Shown here piece by piece: positions 35,434 through 38,557 of a stretch of 38,557 nucleotides of DNA. This DNA comes from a virus. Lineage: Duplodnaviria; Heunggongvirae; Uroviricota; Caudoviricetes. A program made the position numbers and the translations under genes. The stretch is from IMG/VR virus record IMGVR_UViG_2925891887_000008; one strand, given 5' to 3'. The notes beneath the pieces are model-generated. The model searched no databases, was not told the origin of the DNA, and saw only the letters and a list, made by a program, of their open reading frames with translations. Numbering within the stretch: the first letter of the stretch is position 1; the number at the start of each line of letters is the position of its first letter.

Positions 35434-36749
35434 GGGTCTTCCCTTGTTGTGGTGGCTGAAGGCATGATAATGGTGTATTTAATCGCCAGAGGTCACCGCC
35501 ATGGACGAAAAGTCCCTCTACGCTCATATTCTCAACCTGTCCGATCCGTGGCAGGTAAAGTCCCTTTCTCTCGATGAAAATGCCGGTTCTGTTACTGTCA
35601 CTATTGAGATCGCTGAAAACACCCGGCTAGCCTGTCCGACCTGCGGTAAATCCTGTTCTGTTCACGATCACCGTCATCGTAAATGGCGCCATCTTGATAC
35701 CTGCCAGTTCACCACTATTGTTGAAGCCGATGTTCCACGAATTATGTGTCCGGAGCATGGCTGCCTGACGTTGCCTGTTCCGTGGGCTGGCCCCGGAAGC
35801 CGGTATACGTTGCTATTCGAATCGTTCGTTCTCTCATGGCTGAAAATCAGCACCGTTGATGCTGTCAGGAAGCAACTTAAGCTCAGTTGGAATGCGGTTG
35901 ACGGCATTATGACCCGGGCAGTTAAGCGAGGTCTTGCCCGGATAAAAAAGCCATTATCCGCCCGTCATATGAATGTGGATGAGGTCGCCTTTAAAAAAGG
36001 ACATCGTTACATAACGGTGATCTCCGATCGCGATGGTCGGGCGCTGGCCTTAACGGATGATCGCGGCACAGAGAGTCTTGCCGGCTATCTTCGCACGCTC
36101 ACTGATGGGCAGTTGCTGGCTATCAAAACGCTCTCAATGGACATGAACGCGGGCTATATAAGAGCAGCGCGTATCCACTTACCCAGTGCGGTTGAGAAAA
36201 TCGCCTTTGACCGCTTCCATGTGGCGAAGCAACTGGGCGAGGTAGTTGATAAAACCCGTCAGAATGAACATCCGCACCTCCCTGTTGAAAGCCGACACCA
36301 GGCAAAAGGAACCCGCTTCCTGTGGCAGTACAGCGATAAGTGGATGACCGAATCCCGGCAGGAAAAGCTGATGTGGCTGCGTGCACAGATGAAGCTGACG
36401 AGCCAGTGCTGGGCGCTGAAAGAGCTGGCAAAGGATATCTGGAACAGGCCATGGAGCGAGGAAAGACGGAGTGACTGGCAGAGATGGTTGGCGCTGGCGG
36501 CTAACAGTGACGTTCCCATGATGAAAAATGCCGCGAAAACGATAGGAAAAAGGCTGTACGGGATCCTGAATGCGATGCGACACAGTGTCTCAAACGGAAA
36601 TGCGGAGGCACTTAACAGCAAGATCAGGCTGCTGAGGATAAAAGCCAGGGGATACCGAAACCGGGAGCGCTTTAAACTGGGGGTGATGTTCCACTACGGA
36701 AAGCTGAATATGGCGTTCTGAGCCTTCCCACCATGATCGGGGAAGACCC
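35434..36749 (+). mobile_element. ISL3-family insertion sequence (1316 bp)
   Basis: Imperfect terminal inverted repeats: GGGTCTTCCC...TGGTGG at 35434, and its reverse complement ending at 36749. The element is flanked by the 8-bp direct duplication TTATACAT (35426-35433 and 36750-36757). Confidence 0.85.
35501..36721 (+). CDS. ISL3-family transposase
   Basis: 406 aa with an N-terminal zinc-finger region (CPTCGK...H..H) and a DDE-type core. Overall it resembles ISL3-family transposases. Confidence 0.8.
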   Translation: MDEKSLYAHILNLSDPWQVKSLSLDENAGSVTVTIEIAENTRLACPTCGKSCSVHDHRHRKWRHLDTCQFTTIVEADVPRIMCPEHGCLTLPVPWAGPGSRYTLLFESFVLSWLKISTVDAVRKQLKLSWNAVDGIMTRAVKRGLARIKKPLSARHMNVDEVAFKKGHRYITVISDRDGRALALTDDRGTESLAGYLRTLTDGQLLAIKTLSMDMNAGYIRAARIHLPSAVEKIAFDRFHVAKQLGEVVDKTRQNEHPHLPVESRHQAKGTRFLWQYSDKWMTESRQEKLMWLRAQMKLTSQCWALKELAKDIWNRPWSEERRSDWQRWLALAANSDVPMMKNAAKTIGKRLYGILNAMRHSVSNGNAEALNSKIRLLRIKARGYRNRERFKLGVMFHYGKLNMAF

Positions 36750-36792
36750 TTATACATACAGTAAAAATGCTCTCTATTGGAGGGCATTTTTT

Positions 36793-37824
36793 ATGGCAGT
36801 ACGAAAACTCACCACAGGAAAATGGCTTTGCGAATGTTACCCCGCCGGACGTAGTGGGCGTCGTGTGCGTAAACAATTCGCCACCAAAGGCGAAGCACTG
36901 GCTTTTGAGCGTCACACGATGGAAGAAACCGAAGCAAAGCCCTGGCTGGGCGAATCAGTAGATCGTCGAACCCTGAAAGACGTGGTTGAGCTATGGTTCA
37001 AACTACATGGTAAATCTCTGACTGCTGGGCAGCATGTCTATGACAAATTGCTGCTGATGGTTGACGCTCTGGGCAATCCCCTTGCAACCGATCTCACATC
37101 TAAAATGTTTGCCCATTATCGAGATAAACGACTGACAGGTGAGATCTACTTCAGCGAGAAATGGAAGAAAGGGGCCAGCCCGGTCACCATTAACCTGGAG
37201 CAAAGCTATCTAAGTAGTGTTTTTAGCGAACTATCCCGCCTGGGCGAATGGTCGTATCCAAACCCACTGGAGAACATGCGAAAATTCACCATCGCAGAAA
37301 AAGAGATGGCATGGCTTACCCATGAGCAGATTGTTGAACTGCTGGATGATTGCAAACGTCAGGACCCAATTCTGGCACTGGTAGTCAAGATATGCTTAAG
37401 CACAGGCGCACGCTGGCGAGAAGCAATAAACCTAACCCGATCACAGGTGACCAAATACCGAATTACCTTTGTAAGAACGAAGGGGAAGAAAAACAGAAGC
37501 ATCCCTATCAGTAAAGAGCTTTATGAAGAGATCATGGCGCTTGATGGGTTCAATTTCTTCACAGACTGCTATTTTCAATTTTTATCCGTGATGGAAAAAA
37601 CGTCTATCGTGCTCCCTCGCGGTCAACTTACACACGTTCTGCGTCATACGTTTGCGGCGCATTTCATGATGTCGGGTGGAAACATCCTTGCTTTGCAAAA
37701 AATCCTCGGACATCACGACATAAAAATGACTATGCGTTATGCTCATCTATCACCTGATCACTTAGAGACAGCTCTTCGTTTCAATCCACTAGCAACTTTG
37801 GATGTTACTAAATCAGATTCTTAA
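36793..37824 (+). CDS. int: Tyrosine integrase (P2/186 type)
   Basis: ATG 36793 (MAVRKLTTGKWLCECYP...) gives 343 aa. Catalytic signature: ARWREAINL, HVLRHTFA and MRYAHL. The track start at 36733 lies inside the IS end. Confidence 0.9.
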   Translation: MAVRKLTTGKWLCECYPAGRSGRRVRKQFATKGEALAFERHTMEETEAKPWLGESVDRRTLKDVVELWFKLHGKSLTAGQHVYDKLLLMVDALGNPLATDLTSKMFAHYRDKRLTGEIYFSEKWKKGASPVTINLEQSYLSSVFSELSRLGEWSYPNPLENMRKFTIAEKEMAWLTHEQIVELLDDCKRQDPILALVVKICLSTGARWREAINLTRSQVTKYRITFVRTKGKKNRSIPISKELYEEIMALDGFNFFTDCYFQFLSVMEKTSIVLPRGQLTHVLRHTFAAHFMMSGGNILALQKILGHHDIKMTMRYAHLSPDHLETALRFNPLATLDVTKSDS

Positions 37825-37834
37825 AGGTTCAAGC

Positions 37835-38557
37835 ATGGTTAAGTTTTTGTTTCAATTCCCAATATTCGACTTCTCCTTAACATTTGATATTATCGAGACG
37901 TTAATCACTCATAGCGAATCATCAATCGCTAAGGGTATAGCAGAATATAAAGACAAAGGACCTGAAGAATATATAATTGAAATATCTCCGGAAGATGGTG
38001 TATATCAGTCAATTGATCATTACATGGGACTCACCAGCTCATCGCTAGATCTCGATGAAATGTTTTTAGAATACTACCCAAGTATTATCCGCAGGTCAGT
38101 ATTCTTAACTATATTCGGAATTTTTGAGCACGAAATAGAAAAATTCTGTAACAACTTTGCTAATAGACATCATTCTCCTATAAATGTTTCAGATCTCAAA
38201 GGAAGTGGATTTGAGAGGAGCCATCTATTTATCAAAAAAATGATAGGGATGAAGTCAACATCCCACTATTCGAATATCAAAAAAATAACAAAATTAAGAA
38301 ACAGTTGTGCGCATAATGATGCAAAATACTTAGAAAACGATGGGCAAAATATTAAAAGCATTATTGAACTTATAGAAAAATATCCTGATTTTTTTAAAAA
38401 AGATGGAAAACAGGTCCTATTTATGGAGGGCTCGTTAAGCATGATCTTGAACTCATTCAAAGAGTATCTTTCTGATGTTGAAAGAGCCTTAGATGAATTC
38501 GAAAAACAAAGCACTAGTGGCGACAAAGTGGCGGCAGCGGTTGGCATTACCCCGTAA
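37835..38557 (+). CDS. Hypothetical protein with an Rx4H (HEPN-like) motif; cargo between int and att
   Basis: About 240 aa from ATG 37835 (the track start at 37802 overlaps int). It is AT-rich and helical-looking. LRNSCAHN (38297-38314 encodes R-N-S-C-A-H) fits the HEPN Rx4-6H ribonuclease motif. The last 13 codons span the att repeat and the DNA beyond it. Confidence 0.6.
   Translation: MVKFLFQFPIFDFSLTFDIIETLITHSESSIAKGIAEYKDKGPEEYIIEISPEDGVYQSIDHYMGLTSSSLDLDEMFLEYYPSIIRRSVFLTIFGIFEHEIEKFCNNFANRHHSPINVSDLKGSGFERSHLFIKKMIGMKSTSHYSNIKKITKLRNSCAHNDAKYLENDGQNIKSIIELIEKYPDFFKKDGKQVLFMEGSLSMILNSFKEYLSDVERALDEFEKQSTSGDKVAAAVGITP
38518..38539. repeat. Prophage attachment-site core, int-proximal copy
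   Basis: TGGCGACAAAGTGGCGGCAGCG matches 3281-3302 at 21 of 22 positions. Confidence 0.6.

Larger units (their letters stand above)
3281..38539. mobile_element. P2/186-family temperate prophage, apparently full length
   Basis: A complete syntenic set of P2 late genes and 186-like early genes, with a tyrosine integrase at one end and ogr at the other. The element is bounded by a 22-bp direct repeat (3281-3302 and 38518-38539). Confidence 0.9.

Noticed and set aside
35377-35577. 66-aa ORF spanning the left end of the ISL3 element
   Set aside because: It crosses the IS boundary at 35434 and overlaps the transposase start, so it is an artefact of the insertion junction.

Overview
The window has two parts. 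The first 3.2 kb is an E. coli-type chromosomal segment: ybjC, grxA, ybjM, ybjL and the sigma-E-dependent sRNA RybB. The rest is a complete P2/186-family prophage of about 35.3 kb (about 3281-38539). It is integrated just downstream of rybB and bounded by a 22-bp direct repeat with one mismatch. The late genes are syntenic with P2: ogr, D, U, T, E/E+E', FII, FI, G, H, I, J, W, V, S, R, spanins, endolysin, holin, X, L, M, N, O on the minus strand, and P and Q on the plus strand. The early and lysogeny region is 186-like: a LexA-boxed Tum/DinI-type module, A, dam, a TraR-like gene, small ORFs, cII, apl, cI and int. Two insertion sequences with intact target-site duplications are present. An IS1 (16093-16860) splits a DUF262/AlbA_2 fusion gene in the S-V cargo slot. 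An ISL3-family element (35434-36749) lies between cI and int. Four AT-rich cargo regions stand out. (1) An operon between portal gene Q and cos encodes a 208-aa protein with three predicted transmembrane helices, followed by three tiny paralogous polyproline ORFs of 42, 57 and 35 aa, all below the ORF-track cutoff. This is my best candidate for an undescribed system. (2) A secreted 141-aa protein lies on the other side of cos. (3) The IS1-broken DUF262/AlbA_2 gene. (4) An ORF with an Rx4H (HEPN-like) motif lies between int and the right att repeat, and its last codons cross the att core. All family assignments come from reading the translations and from memory of P2/186 and E. coli K-12. No database search was possible.
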